A DNA stretch of 64,000 nucleotides from Calditrichia bacterium. GTDB taxonomy: Bacteria > Calditrichota > Calditrichia > JAJRVZ01. This document shows positions 1 through 9,334 of the stretch, in pieces. The position numbers and the translations under genes were made by a program. The first letter of the stretch is position 1. Every line of letters begins with the position of its first letter. The stretch spans positions 576,001-640,000 of the forward strand of contig CAWCNS010000005.1 of the NCBI GenBank assembly GCA_963796965.1, read 5' to 3'. The notes beneath the pieces are model-generated. The model made no database searches. It was not told where the DNA came from and saw nothing but the letters and a program-made list of their open reading frames with translations.

Positions 1-2
1 TT

Positions 3-2187
3 ATCAAAATTGCCGGAGCTGGCGCCGGAGCAGCCACTCTTGGAGGTTCTTTATATAAAGTATTTGGTCAGGAAGAATCTAATCCACCAATGGAAAGTGG
101 TAAAGTCACAAAGACACCAACCTATTGTGAGATTTGTTTCTGGAAATGTGCCGGTTGGACCTATGCAGTTGATGGCAAACCATGGAAGGTAATCGGTAAT
201 GATATTGACCCCAATTGTAATGGAAGACTTTGTCCCAGAGGAACAGGCGGCCTGGGAGCGTATACTGACACACAGCGTTTAAAAACACCCTTAATTCGAT
301 CTGAAGTGGGTGGTAAACAGGTTTTTCGCAAAGCAAGCTGGGATGAAGCATTTGACCACATTGCCAAGAAAATGCAAAAGATTGCCGATGAACATGGACC
401 TGAATGCATTGCCCTTTTTACCCATGGTTCCGGTGGGAATTATTTCAAAACTCTTCTCAAGGCCTTCGGCTCAAATAATATTGCAGCACCATCTTACGCT
501 CAGTGCCGGGGTCCACGGGAAGAAGCGTATCTGCTCACTTATGGTGATGGTGTGGGTTCACCGGAAAGGACAGACATCGTCAACAGTAAATGCCTGGTTC
601 TGTTAGGTTCACATCTGGGTGAAAATATGCATAACGGGCAGGTTCAGGAATTTACCGATGCTATCTCTGCCGGGGCGACTGTTATTACTGTTGATCCCCG
701 ATTCTCAACCGCGGCCAGTAAATCAAAATACTGGCTACCGATCAGACCATCTACAGACATGGCACTCCTTTTAGCCTGGATTCATGTTATCATTAATGAA
801 AATCTCTACGATAAAGCCTATGTTGAAAAATATACCCTCGGATTTGAGCAACTTAAGCAACATGTGAAGGATTATACACCGGAATGGGCCTATCCAATCA
901 CCACCATCGAGCCTGGATTGATTAGAGAAACAGCCAGAGAAATGGCGAAACAAGCACCGGCAACACTTATTCATCCCGGACGTCATGTAACCTGGTATGG
1001 GGATGATACACAACGTGTACGTGCCGGGGCCATCCTCAATGCATTACTCGGTTCCTGGGGTCGGCGAGGTGGCTTTTATATGCCTGAAAAAACATCCCTT
1101 CCTAACTTAAAAACGCCCGCGTATCCGAAACCGAAAAGAACTTGGAAAGATGCCTATCCCGATCAGTATCCATTAGCTGAATCTGGCCCTTGCTTCCGGA
1201 ATTTGTGATGCAACCATTCCATCTACGGCCAGAGATTGTAGTTTTAAAGGCTGGTTCGTCTATGGAACAAATCTTATTCTAACACTTCCCAGGCCACAGC
1301 AAACCCTTAAAGCAATACAGAGCCTGGACTTGCTTGTGGCCATCGATTTAATGCCGGCAGAGATAACAGGCTGGGCCGATGTTATTCTACCGGAATGCTC
1401 CTACCTGGAAAGGTATGATGATCTTCGTTTGTCACCAGGAAGAAAAGCATCCGTCGCTCTCAGAGCTCCTGCGTTTGAGCCTAAGTATGATTCAAAACCA
1501 GCCTGGTGGATGGCCAAAGAATTAGCGAATCGTTTAAATTTAGGTGATTATTTTCCCTATGATCATATTGAAGAAAAACTTGATTTTCAATTAAAATCAA
1601 TTGGAAGTTCACTTGAAGATATGAAGAGTAAAGGCGTGGTGGTCATGGACCGTGAATCACCTCTCTACCTGGCAGAGAATGAAGATTATGAGTTTGATAC
1701 CCCCTCCGGTAAGATCGAACTTTATTCGACGCAACTTGCGGAGTATAAATTTAACCCAATGCCGGTCTATACAGATCATGAAAAGCCACCACAGGGTTTT
1801 TACAGACTTCTCTATGGCCGTGCTCCCATGCATACCTTTGGCAGAACCACCAACAACCCCCTTCTTTATGAGTTAAAAAAAGAAAATGAGGTATGGATTA
1901 ATCCAAAAGTTGCCAAAGAATGGGAAATTGAAGATAACGAATATGTACTTCTAGAAAATCAGGATGGTGCAGTGAGCAACCGTATTCGTGCAAAAGTAAC
2001 CGAGCGGATAAGACATGACTCTGTTTACATGGTACATGGATTTGGTCATAATCAGAAAAAGATGCCACGATCCTATCTTAAAGGTGCTGATGATACAGCA
2101 CTTATGACCCGCGTAAAAATTGATCCGATTATGGGGGGCACAGGGATGCGTGTTAATTTTGTAACCTTCAGGAAGGAGGTGGCCTGA
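3..2187 (+). CDS. psrA: Polysulfide/thiosulfate reductase catalytic molybdopterin subunit (PsrA/PhsA family); 5'-truncated by the window edge, one frameshift near 1178
   Basis: Frame 3 reads IKIAGAGAGAATLGG (tail of a Tat-type leader) into CEICFWKC-x~27-C (FS0 4Fe-4S motif) and PSYAQCRGPR (Mo-ligating Cys region). After ~1178 the shifted frame continues NLALASGICDATIP... into ORF 1330-2187 (molybdopterin C-terminal domain). Followed by NrfC- and NrfD-type genes. Confidence 0.88.
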
Positions 2188-2720
2188 TGCGATATGCCAT
2201 GGCGATAGATACCAAAAGATGTGTGGGCTGTTCAGATTGTGTTGTAGCCTGCCAAACAGAGAACAATGTACCACTTGGCTATTGCAAGGATTGGATTGTT
2301 GAGGAAACTGCAGGGAAATATCCGGATCTGCGAATGGAAATCCGTTCTGAACGATGCAACCAATGTGATAACTCACCCTGTGTTCGTTGCTGTCCAACTG
2401 GGGCAAGTCACTATAGTGATGGTGGCATTGTATTGGTGACAGCCAATAAATGTACAGGATGCAAGGCATGCGTCGCTTCATGTCCTTATGATGCCCGGTT
2501 TATACATCCGGAAGGCTATATAGATAAATGTACATTTTGTATCCATCGTGTGCGGGAGGGCAAAGATCCGGCCTGTGTATCGGTATGCCCTACGCATGCA
2601 ATGATTTTCGGTGATCTGGATAATCCGGCTGATGAGTTATCAAAACTTTTAAAATCACGGGATCATAAAACGCTCATCCCTGAAGCCGGTACTTCACCTA
2701 GGGTGTATTATTTATTGTAG
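2187..2720 (+). CDS. psrB: 4x[4Fe-4S] electron-transfer subunit (PsrB/NrfC/DmsB family)
   Basis: CVGCSDCVVAC, CNQCDNSPCVRCCP, CTGCKACVASCPY, CTFC...PACVSVCP; start overlaps psrA stop (TGATG) with a GGAGG RBS. Confidence 0.93.
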   Translation: MRYAMAIDTKRCVGCSDCVVACQTENNVPLGYCKDWIVEETAGKYPDLRMEIRSERCNQCDNSPCVRCCPTGASHYSDGGIVLVTANKCTGCKACVASCPYDARFIHPEGYIDKCTFCIHRVREGKDPACVSVCPTHAMIFGDLDNPADELSKLLKSRDHKTLIPEAGTSPRVYYLL

Positions 2721-2737
2721 ACGAAAGATTTAAAGAG

Positions 2738-2837
2738 AAACACAAAGATCACAAAGAAGGCACTAAGTACACAATGATTTTTATAATATAAGTTTATTCT
2801 TTGAGACCTTTGAGGATTCTTTGAGTACTCTGTGTTT
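2738..2837. repeat. Family B palindromic element (periodic CACAAAG/CACTAAG units and inverted CTTTGAG/CTCTGTG units)
   Basis: Left arm aaacacaaagatcacaaagaaggcactaagtacacaatg; right arm ctttgagacctttgaggattctttgagtactctgtgttt. Related full copy at 58462-58554, half copies at 26216-26254 and 4094-4130. Confidence 0.8.
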
Positions 2838-2863
2838 AATTAATATATTTTTGGAGAGAATAT

Positions 2864-3817
2864 ATGAATGAGATTGAAATTACCTCGGGAAGAATGAATC
2901 CGCATATTGATCCGCATCTGACGATCTGGGGATGGGAGATCCCCCTCTATCTGTTCATTGGTGGATTGGTAGCCGGGTTACTTTTCTTTTCTACCCTTTT
3001 CTATCTTAGAGGGAAACAAAAAGAATTTTCAACCGTTGTCATGAAAGCGCCGTTGTTGGCCGGGCCATTGATTGTTTTAGGCCTGCTCGCCTTATTTTTA
3101 GATTTGAGTCATAAACTATATGTCTGGCGTTTCTATACAGATTTACGGCTGGAATCCCCCATGTCGTGGGGTTCATGGACATTAATGGTTATTACACCTC
3201 TGAGTTTTTTATGGAGTATGATTTGGATTGAGGAAATCTGGCCCGGGTTTAAGTGGCCTCATATCTGGCTTAAAAATATCGTAGATTTTTCCAAAAGATA
3301 TATCCGACAAATTGCCTGGACCTTATTGATCGGTGCTCTGGTTCTCGGTATGTATACGGGTATTTTGCTTTCGGCATTCAATGCCCGACCCTTCTGGAAT
3401 TCTGCGATTATGGGCCCCTTATTTCTTGTATCCGGACTTTCTACCGGTGCGGCAATGATTTTAATACTTTCAAAATCAGAGACCGAAAAAAAACTACTTA
3501 GCAAAATTGATGTCACCCTCATTGGGCTTGAACTGTTTTTAATTACGCATCTATTTATGGGATTTCTCGCCAGTACTGAAGTACATATTCAAGCGGCAGG
3601 ACTCTTTCTGGGTGGACAATATACATCCGTATTCTGGGTCTTTGTTGTGGGTTTAGGCCTTATATTACCAATGACCATTGAAGCCTTGGAACTCAAAGGA
3701 TTGCATATATCTCCCAAAATACCGGCCATGCTTGTACTGATCGGTGGATTGATATTGCGATTTATTATTGTGGATGCCGGCCAAACATCACGCTGGCTTT
3801 ATAAATTTATGCAATGA
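2864..3817 (+). CDS. psrC: NrfD/PsrC-family membrane anchor (quinol-interacting subunit)
   Basis: WGWEIPLYLFIGGL, DLSHKL, SPMSWGSW, YTGILLS..NARPFWNS motifs; about 8 TM segments. Confidence 0.9.
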   Translation: MNEIEITSGRMNPHIDPHLTIWGWEIPLYLFIGGLVAGLLFFSTLFYLRGKQKEFSTVVMKAPLLAGPLIVLGLLALFLDLSHKLYVWRFYTDLRLESPMSWGSWTLMVITPLSFLWSMIWIEEIWPGFKWPHIWLKNIVDFSKRYIRQIAWTLLIGALVLGMYTGILLSAFNARPFWNSAIMGPLFLVSGLSTGAAMILILSKSETEKKLLSKIDVTLIGLELFLITHLFMGFLASTEVHIQAAGLFLGGQYTSVFWVFVVGLGLILPMTIEALELKGLHISPKIPAMLVLIGGLILRFIIVDAGQTSRWLYKFMQ

Positions 3818-3830
3818 TCAATTCGAATAA

Positions 3831-4060
3831 CGTGGAGCGTTGAGCGTAGAGCGTAGTGCGTTGAAAGAAGAGTAGAGACGGGCCGGTGGGCCGTCTGAGA
3901 ACATTCAATAATCAACACGTAATATTCAATGTTCAAGTAGGGGCGGACCTGTTTGTCCGCTCGTAGGAAGAGGAGAGAACAGAGAAGCGAGAAGGCAGAA
4001 GAGCGTGGAGCATAGAGCGTAGAGCGTTGAGGGTAGTAATTACAAGTTACTAATTATGAA
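3831..4060. repeat. Composite intergenic repeat mosaic: AGCGTRG heptamer arrays, two GTAG-REP hairpins, ATTCAAT and AGAGAAG heptamer tracts
   Basis: gagcgttgagcgtagagcgtagtgcg (3835-3860); gtagagacgggccggtgggccgtct (3872-3896); attcaat unit (3901-3937); gtaggggcggacctgtttgtccgc (3937-3960); gagcgtggagcatagagcgtagagcgttgag (4001-4031). Confidence 0.8.
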
Positions 4061-4171
4061 ATACGATAATGCAATCTATAAATTTCTATCGAACTTTGTT
4101 TTTTTCGTGTCTTCTATGTGCTCATTGTGATAAAAAAAGAATATTACACAAACTAAAAATTTGAGGAAAAA

Positions 4172-4684
4172 ATGGAAAAAAAGAACTACATGAATCCCTA
4201 TGTGGCAGGCGTTGGACTCGGGATCACACTATTACTCGCCTTCGTATTGGTAGGTCGTGGATTGGGTGCCTCCGGTGCGGTTATGCGGTTTACCGCCTGG
4301 ATCACCTCACTGTTCTCTGCTGAGCACGTTAATAATAATATTTATTTTGCGAAATATGCAGGAGAAGGAATCAATCCATTTAAAAACTGGCTGGTGTATG
4401 AGGTCATCGGTGTGATTGTTGGTGGATTTCTATCAGGATTATTGGCCGGCCGGTTAAAGTTTTTTACAGATAAGGGACCTCAGATAACAAACAAGATGCG
4501 TTGGGTATTTGCTTTTTTGGGCGGTAGTCTGATGGGATTTGGCGCACGATTAGCCTATGGTTGCACAAGTGGACAAGCGTTAACCGGTGGGGCAACTCTG
4601 GCATTAGGAAGCTGGGCGTTTATGTTTGCCGTCTTTGGCGGCGGCTACCTCACAGCCTACTGGGTAAGAAGATTGTGGATCTAA
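4172..4684 (+). CDS. YeeE/YedE family sulfur-compound (thiosulfate) transporter, subunit 1
   Basis: GLGASG and GFGARLAYGCTSG motifs; hydrophobic; GAGG RBS. Confidence 0.88.
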   Translation: MEKKNYMNPYVAGVGLGITLLLAFVLVGRGLGASGAVMRFTAWITSLFSAEHVNNNIYFAKYAGEGINPFKNWLVYEVIGVIVGGFLSGLLAGRLKFFTDKGPQITNKMRWVFAFLGGSLMGFGARLAYGCTSGQALTGGATLALGSWAFMFAVFGGGYLTAYWVRRLWI

Positions 4685-4815
4685 CCAGCAGAATAGCAGA
4701 AACGAAATTACATAGCGCAAAGCGCATGGCAGTTGAAATTATGATTAGCTGACACTCCATGCGCCAGGCTCTATGCATCCATTCAAAAATTAAAATATTA
4801 TTTAAGAGGATAAAA

Positions 4816-5412
4816 ATGGCTCCATTTTATAAGACAGGATTATTTGGCGATCAGGTTAGCTTGGTTATCGCCTTCGCGATTGGTATTAGTTTTGGGTTCT
4901 GGTTAGAACGGGCTGGTTTTGGTTCATCACGAAAATTAGCAGCACAATTTTATTTTACAGATATGACCGTATTAAAAGTTATGTTTACAGCGATCATTAC
5001 TGCTATGACAGGACTGTTGTTTTTTAGTTTATTCGGCTGGATTGACTTGAGTCTACTTTACATAAATCCAACCTATATCTGGCCCCAAATTATTGGTGGT
5101 CTGGTCTTAGGTGTTGGCTTTGTAATTGGTGGATATTGCCCGGGTACTTCTCTGGTTGCCGGGGCAACAGGCAAAATTGATGGCTACTTCTTTATTGGCG
5201 GTGCAATGGCCGGCATGTTTGTATTCGGTGAAGTATATACCTGGATAGAAAGTTTTCATAAAAGTGGTGCCATGGGTACGATGCTTATCTCCGATTGGCT
5301 CAATCTCTCAATGGGAATAATTGGATTTGGTGTTATTTTGATGGCATTAGCCATGTTTTGGGGTGGTGAATGGCTGGAAAAAAAGTTCAGCAAACAGGAG
5401 GCGACAACATGA
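4816..5412 (+). CDS. YeeE/YedE family sulfur-compound transporter, subunit 2
   Basis: FGFWLERAGF, GFVIGGYCPGT motifs; ATG 4816 preceded by GAGGA (ORF track start 4759 lies in a repeat). Confidence 0.88.
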   Translation: MAPFYKTGLFGDQVSLVIAFAIGISFGFWLERAGFGSSRKLAAQFYFTDMTVLKVMFTAIITAMTGLLFFSLFGWIDLSLLYINPTYIWPQIIGGLVLGVGFVIGGYCPGTSLVAGATGKIDGYFFIGGAMAGMFVFGEVYTWIESFHKSGAMGTMLISDWLNLSMGIIGFGVILMALAMFWGGEWLEKKFSKQEATT

Positions 5413-6041
5413 AAACTTTATCAATCAAACAAGTTGCCGTGCTAATAGCAGTTCTGCTTGGTTTGATTCTGGCATTTTCTCCGGTAAACAATAATCCAGT
5501 ATTGGAAAATGATCCAAACCAACTGGCTAATGACATTATTGATCGCAACGATCATATTACGGCGGAACAGCTGGGAAAACTCATTATAGATGAAGATCCG
5601 GATTATCAACTCATTGATCTACGAGACAGCGCTGACTATGAAATTTTTCATATTAAAACGGCTATAAATCTTCCCATGCAGAAGCTTTTTATGAATGACA
5701 ATCTGGACTATATCGATCCGGAAAAATTAGTTGTATTATATACCAATGGTGGTACACATGCCGCCCAGGCCTGGGTATTATTACAAGCACAAGGTATTAC
5801 CAATACCGCTGTTTTATTAGGTGGTTTAAATTATTGGGTAGAGGTCTACAGCAATCCGACCCCCCCGGAAGGCGTTTATGCTGATTCTGAATTATCTAAT
5901 TTTCAATTTCGAATGGCTGCAGGTGATTACCTGATGGGAAATGTAAAATCGGATGAAAAAAAGACCGATAAGACATCTGCTCCTGAAATAAAAATTCCAC
6001 ACCGAAAGAAAAAAGCCAAAAAGGGTGATGAGGGTTGCTAA
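5409..6041 (+). CDS. Membrane-anchored/exported rhodanese-domain protein lacking the canonical active-site Cys, with C-terminal ...KKGDEGC
   Basis: N-terminal hydrophobic helix; LIDLRD..DY...HIKTAINLP, VVLYTNGG, LLGGLNYW rhodanese signature; ATG 5409 overlaps upstream TGA, AGGAGG RBS. Confidence 0.82.
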   Translation: MKTLSIKQVAVLIAVLLGLILAFSPVNNNPVLENDPNQLANDIIDRNDHITAEQLGKLIIDEDPDYQLIDLRDSADYEIFHIKTAINLPMQKLFMNDNLDYIDPEKLVVLYTNGGTHAAQAWVLLQAQGITNTAVLLGGLNYWVEVYSNPTPPEGVYADSELSNFQFRMAAGDYLMGNVKSDEKKTDKTSAPEIKIPHRKKKAKKGDEGC

Positions 6042-6080
6042 GCAGCCCTTCCCACTACTTCAATCATAAATCATATTATG

Positions 6081-6102
6081 GAGACGCGATGAATCGCGTC
6101 TC
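6081..6102. repeat. REP-like hairpin, possible terminator after the psr-yeeE-rhodanese operon
   Basis: gagacgcgat-ga-atcgcgtctc, perfect 10-bp stem; related to the GTAGAGAC hairpins at 3872 and 44173. Confidence 0.7.
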
Positions 6103-6140
6103 TGCTTTCCACCTCCTCTTTTTACATTTGACCATCCACA

Positions 6141-6246
6141 TTTTATTCTCACGCAAAGACGCTAAGCCTCAGCATATCTGAAGACAAAAGAAAAAAGATA
6201 AAAGATAAAAAATCGTTGCGGCGTTGTGGCGCTGTGCGAAATAAAA
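6141..6246. repeat. Family A inverted-repeat element with AAAAGAT heptamer cargo
   Basis: Left ttttattctcacgcaaagacgctaagcctcagc; right cgttgcggcgttgtggcgctgtgcgaaataaaa. Confidence 0.7.
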
Positions 6247-6285
6247 AATTTCATATGGATAAAATTTATATAATTTTTTTTAATA

Positions 6286-6328
6286 TCTATATCATTTAAT
6301 GTAGATTTCCTATAATTAATGTTGTAGA
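6286..6328. promoter_or_regulatory. Two tandem dyad sites YCTATA-N8-TGTAGA; candidate operator of the adjacent MerR-like regulator
   Basis: tctata-tcatttaa-tgtaga (6286-6305) and cctata-attaatgt-tgtaga (6309-6328), ending 7 nt before ATG 6336. Confidence 0.5.
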
Positions 6329-6335
6329 TTTGTAT

Positions 6336-6785
6336 ATGGATAATTCAAGTATTAATAAATATGAACCTGTATTAACCATTGGGACGGTCGCAGCCAAACT
6401 GGGTATTTCAGTCCAGTCAGTCCGATTATATGAACAAGAAGGACTGGTCCTTCCCCATAAATCAAAAGCGGGACATAGAATGTTCTCTCTTCATGACCTG
6501 GAGAGATTAAAGTGTGTACGAGAAATGTTAACCACGGGCGGGTTAAACATTAATGGTGTCAGAAGATTGATGTCAATGGTTCCATGCTGGGACTATAAGG
6601 GGGGGCTTGATGATGATTGTAAAAATTGTCCAGTCTACTATGAGACAACCGGTCCCTGTTGGACACGTGGAGATGTTGGTCCAAAATGTCAGCTGGTTGA
6701 TTGCCGGGACTGTGCTGTATATAGGTTAGAAATAAGTTGCAAAAAGATGAAAGAAATTGTATTCCAGCGACAAAAGAAAATTTAG
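6336..6785 (+). CDS. MerR/HspR-like transcriptional regulator with Cys-rich (two-CW type) C-terminal domain
   Basis: PVLTIGTVAAKLGISVQSVRLYEQEGLV...GHRMFS wHTH; C-terminal PCW...CKNCPVY...PCW...KC...CRDC. Confidence 0.88.
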   Translation: MDNSSINKYEPVLTIGTVAAKLGISVQSVRLYEQEGLVLPHKSKAGHRMFSLHDLERLKCVREMLTTGGLNINGVRRLMSMVPCWDYKGGLDDDCKNCPVYYETTGPCWTRGDVGPKCQLVDCRDCAVYRLEISCKKMKEIVFQRQKKI

Positions 6786-6916
6786 AAAACAAAATTAGTA
6801 ATTCGGAATTTGGTTTTAAATATATATTCGGTAATACACAATAAAATAGATTAATGTAACGGCCATGTGATATTATTCCTTAGGGATTTAAGGTGATGGT
6901 GAAAGGAGAAAATTAA

Positions 6917-8149
6917 ATGAAGAAACTTGTCATTCTGGGTGGTGGCACCGCCGGTACAATGATGGCGAACAAGCTAGCACCGGTAATTGATCGATATGAT
7001 TGCCAGATCACATTAGTAGATCAAAATGAAACACATTATTATCAACCTGGGTTTTTGTTTATCCCATTTGAGATTTATACTGAAGAGGATGTAAAAAAAC
7101 CAAAAAGAGATTATTTTCCCTCCGGCATTGAAGTCATTATGTCTTCTATTGAAGGAATTTTACCTAAAGAAAACAAAGTAAAACTTGCTAATGGAAAAAT
7201 TTTAAATTACGACTATTTAATCATTGCAACAGGAAGCCGTATTGCCCCGGAAGAAATCGAAGGTATGGAAGATGGTGGTTGGCGTCAAAATATTTTTGAT
7301 TTTTATACACCTGATGGTGCTGTTGCTTTGGCAAAATTCCTAAAGTATTGGGAAGGTGGCAAGATGGTGTTAAATATTGCCGAAATGCCCATCAAATGTC
7401 CTGTGGCCCCGCTTGAATTTGTCTTTCTCGCCGATTGGTGGTTTACAGAACAGGGTATTCGTGATAAGGTCGATATTGAGTTTGTTACACCTCTACCCGG
7501 AGCCTTTACCAAACCTATCGCCTCAAAATTTCTTGGCCAGTTCCTGGAGGACAAAAACATCAACTTAACCGCTGAGTTTAGCATTGCACGCGTAGACAGC
7601 AGTCAAAACAAGATCAAATCCTGGGATGAGAAAGAGATTGAATATGATCTATTAGTTACCATACCAACTAACATGGGTTCAGATGTAATTGGCGAATCGG
7701 GTATGGGAGATGACCTGAACTTTATTTCCACAGATCCACAGACCTTGCAATCAAAAGATTATGAAAATGTTTTCGTTCTCGGTGATGCCACTGATTTACC
7801 TAGTTCAAAAGCAGGATCAGTAGCCCACTTCCAGGCCGATGTCCTATATGAGAATATTCTTCGCGCCATGGAAGGTCGAAAATTAGAGCCCGGTTTTGAT
7901 GGTCATGCGAATTGTTTTATTGAATCGGGCTTTGGCAAGGGCATTCTTATCGATTTTAATTATGATGTTGAACCGCTCCCGGGGAAATTTCCTTTACCCG
8001 GAGTAGGCCCCTTTTCCCTGTTGGAAGAAACACGTATGAATCATTGGGGAAAAATGTCATTTCGTTGGGTATACTGGAATCTTTTACTTAAAGGCGCAGA
8101 ACTTCCTATTGAGGCCCAGATGAATATGGCCGGAAAGAAGGGGCAATAA
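6917..8149 (+). CDS. sqr: Sulfide:quinone oxidoreductase-like flavoprotein (SQR/FCSD family)
   Basis: GGGTAG FAD motif, HYYQPG, KCPVAPLE, VFVLGDA, FDGHANCF; AAGGAG RBS. Confidence 0.88.
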   Translation: MKKLVILGGGTAGTMMANKLAPVIDRYDCQITLVDQNETHYYQPGFLFIPFEIYTEEDVKKPKRDYFPSGIEVIMSSIEGILPKENKVKLANGKILNYDYLIIATGSRIAPEEIEGMEDGGWRQNIFDFYTPDGAVALAKFLKYWEGGKMVLNIAEMPIKCPVAPLEFVFLADWWFTEQGIRDKVDIEFVTPLPGAFTKPIASKFLGQFLEDKNINLTAEFSIARVDSSQNKIKSWDEKEIEYDLLVTIPTNMGSDVIGESGMGDDLNFISTDPQTLQSKDYENVFVLGDATDLPSSKAGSVAHFQADVLYENILRAMEGRKLEPGFDGHANCFIESGFGKGILIDFNYDVEPLPGKFPLPGVGPFSLLEETRMNHWGKMSFRWVYWNLLLKGAELPIEAQMNMAGKKGQ

Positions 8150-8150
8150 T

Positions 8151-8838
8151 ATGGAACCAAAAGCCCTGGAAAAAGAATTATCTGAGATTCATCAAAAACT
8201 TGATTTTATCACGGACCAAATGAAGGAATATCAGCAACGTCAGCGTGAGATCAAGGAACTAAAGGATGACTTTTCATTGATTGCTAAAGATGTTTTTGAT
8301 GCCACTGTAGAGGGTTTAGAAGATGTGGCGCCCTATTTTGACAGTAATGATCTGATCCATTTATTCAAAAAACTCTTGAGAAATACAAAAAATCTTAACC
8401 GGCTATTAACACAATTAGAAAGTGCTGAAGATCTTTTCTCAGATTTACAGCCTCTTGGCAAGCAGATGTTTGATCAGCTATTGGAGACATTAAATGAATT
8501 GGACAAAAAGGGATACTTTGATTTTTTCACAGAATCGGTCAAAATAGTAGATACGGTTATCACTTCTTTTTCAGTGGAAGATGTGCGTATGCTCAGAGAA
8601 AATATTACCCCAATGCTACTCACTGTAAAGAGCATGACCCAACCCGAGATGCTGGCAACAGTTGACAATGCCCTTGGTTTTTTCCAAAAAATGGATATTA
8701 CAGTAGACCAGGATGTTTCATACTTTCAAATATTTAAAGAAATGAGGAAATCCAGAAGTTAAAAAGGGCATGATATTTATGCTCGAATTTATAAAAAACA
8801 TGGCAAAGCCAAACAATGATTCTATAACCAAATCTTAA
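8151..8838 (+). CDS. DUF1641-like coiled-coil protein, typical SQR neighbour; frameshift near 8750
   Basis: ORF 8151-8762; a shift in the A-run gives NPEVKKGMIFMLEFIKNM...* ending at 8838, a DUF1641-like C-terminus. Confidence 0.7.
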
Positions 8839-8852
8839 GAAGGAGAAAAATT

Positions 8853-9170
8853 ATGGCAAGCAAGACCTATGCAGGAAAAACAGTAGAAGTCAATGATGAA
8901 GGCTTTTTGACCAATCCAGATGATTGGACTGAAGAAATGGCCCCCGAATTGGCAAAAGAAGTGGGAATTAACGAGTTAAGTGACACACATTGGAAAGTGA
9001 TTCGTTTTATGCGTGATGATTTTAAAGAAAAGGGACAAATTCCTACAATCAGACGAATCAAAAATGCGGGTGGGGTTCCAACAAAAGATGTTTATGACGC
9101 ATTTCCTAACGGCCCGGCAAAAAAAGCAGCAATGATCAGTGGACTGGGTAAGCCACAAGGTTGTGTTTAA
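8853..9170 (+). CDS. tusE: TusE/DsrC/DsvC family sulfur relay protein
   Basis: NDEGFL..PDDW, HWKVIRFMR, FPNGPAK...GLGKPQGCV (penultimate Cys). Confidence 0.9.
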   Translation: MASKTYAGKTVEVNDEGFLTNPDDWTEEMAPELAKEVGINELSDTHWKVIRFMRDDFKEKGQIPTIRRIKNAGGVPTKDVYDAFPNGPAKKAAMISGLGKPQGCV

Positions 9171-9334
9171 ACTGGATACTGCGAAACTCGTAACTGGATA
9201 ACTTGATAATTCCCATCTCGATAAACAATTCTTTTCTTTCTGGTTGATTTATCACTTATCAAGAATCGCGTATCTATTCAAGAATCTGAATCCGATTTTC
9301 AATTATATGAATGTATTTATCAAGGAGACGTGAA

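Noticed and set aside
1200..1210. TGA ending the first psrA ORF as possible selenocysteine
   Set aside because: The homologous sequence continues in a different frame from ~1178, so it is a frameshift; the Mo-ligand position is already Cys
1951..2481. Long antisense ORFs (e.g. 1951-2481, 41061-41540) and the alternate-frame ORF 62455-62946
   Set aside because: Shadows of well-supported genes with no protein-family features
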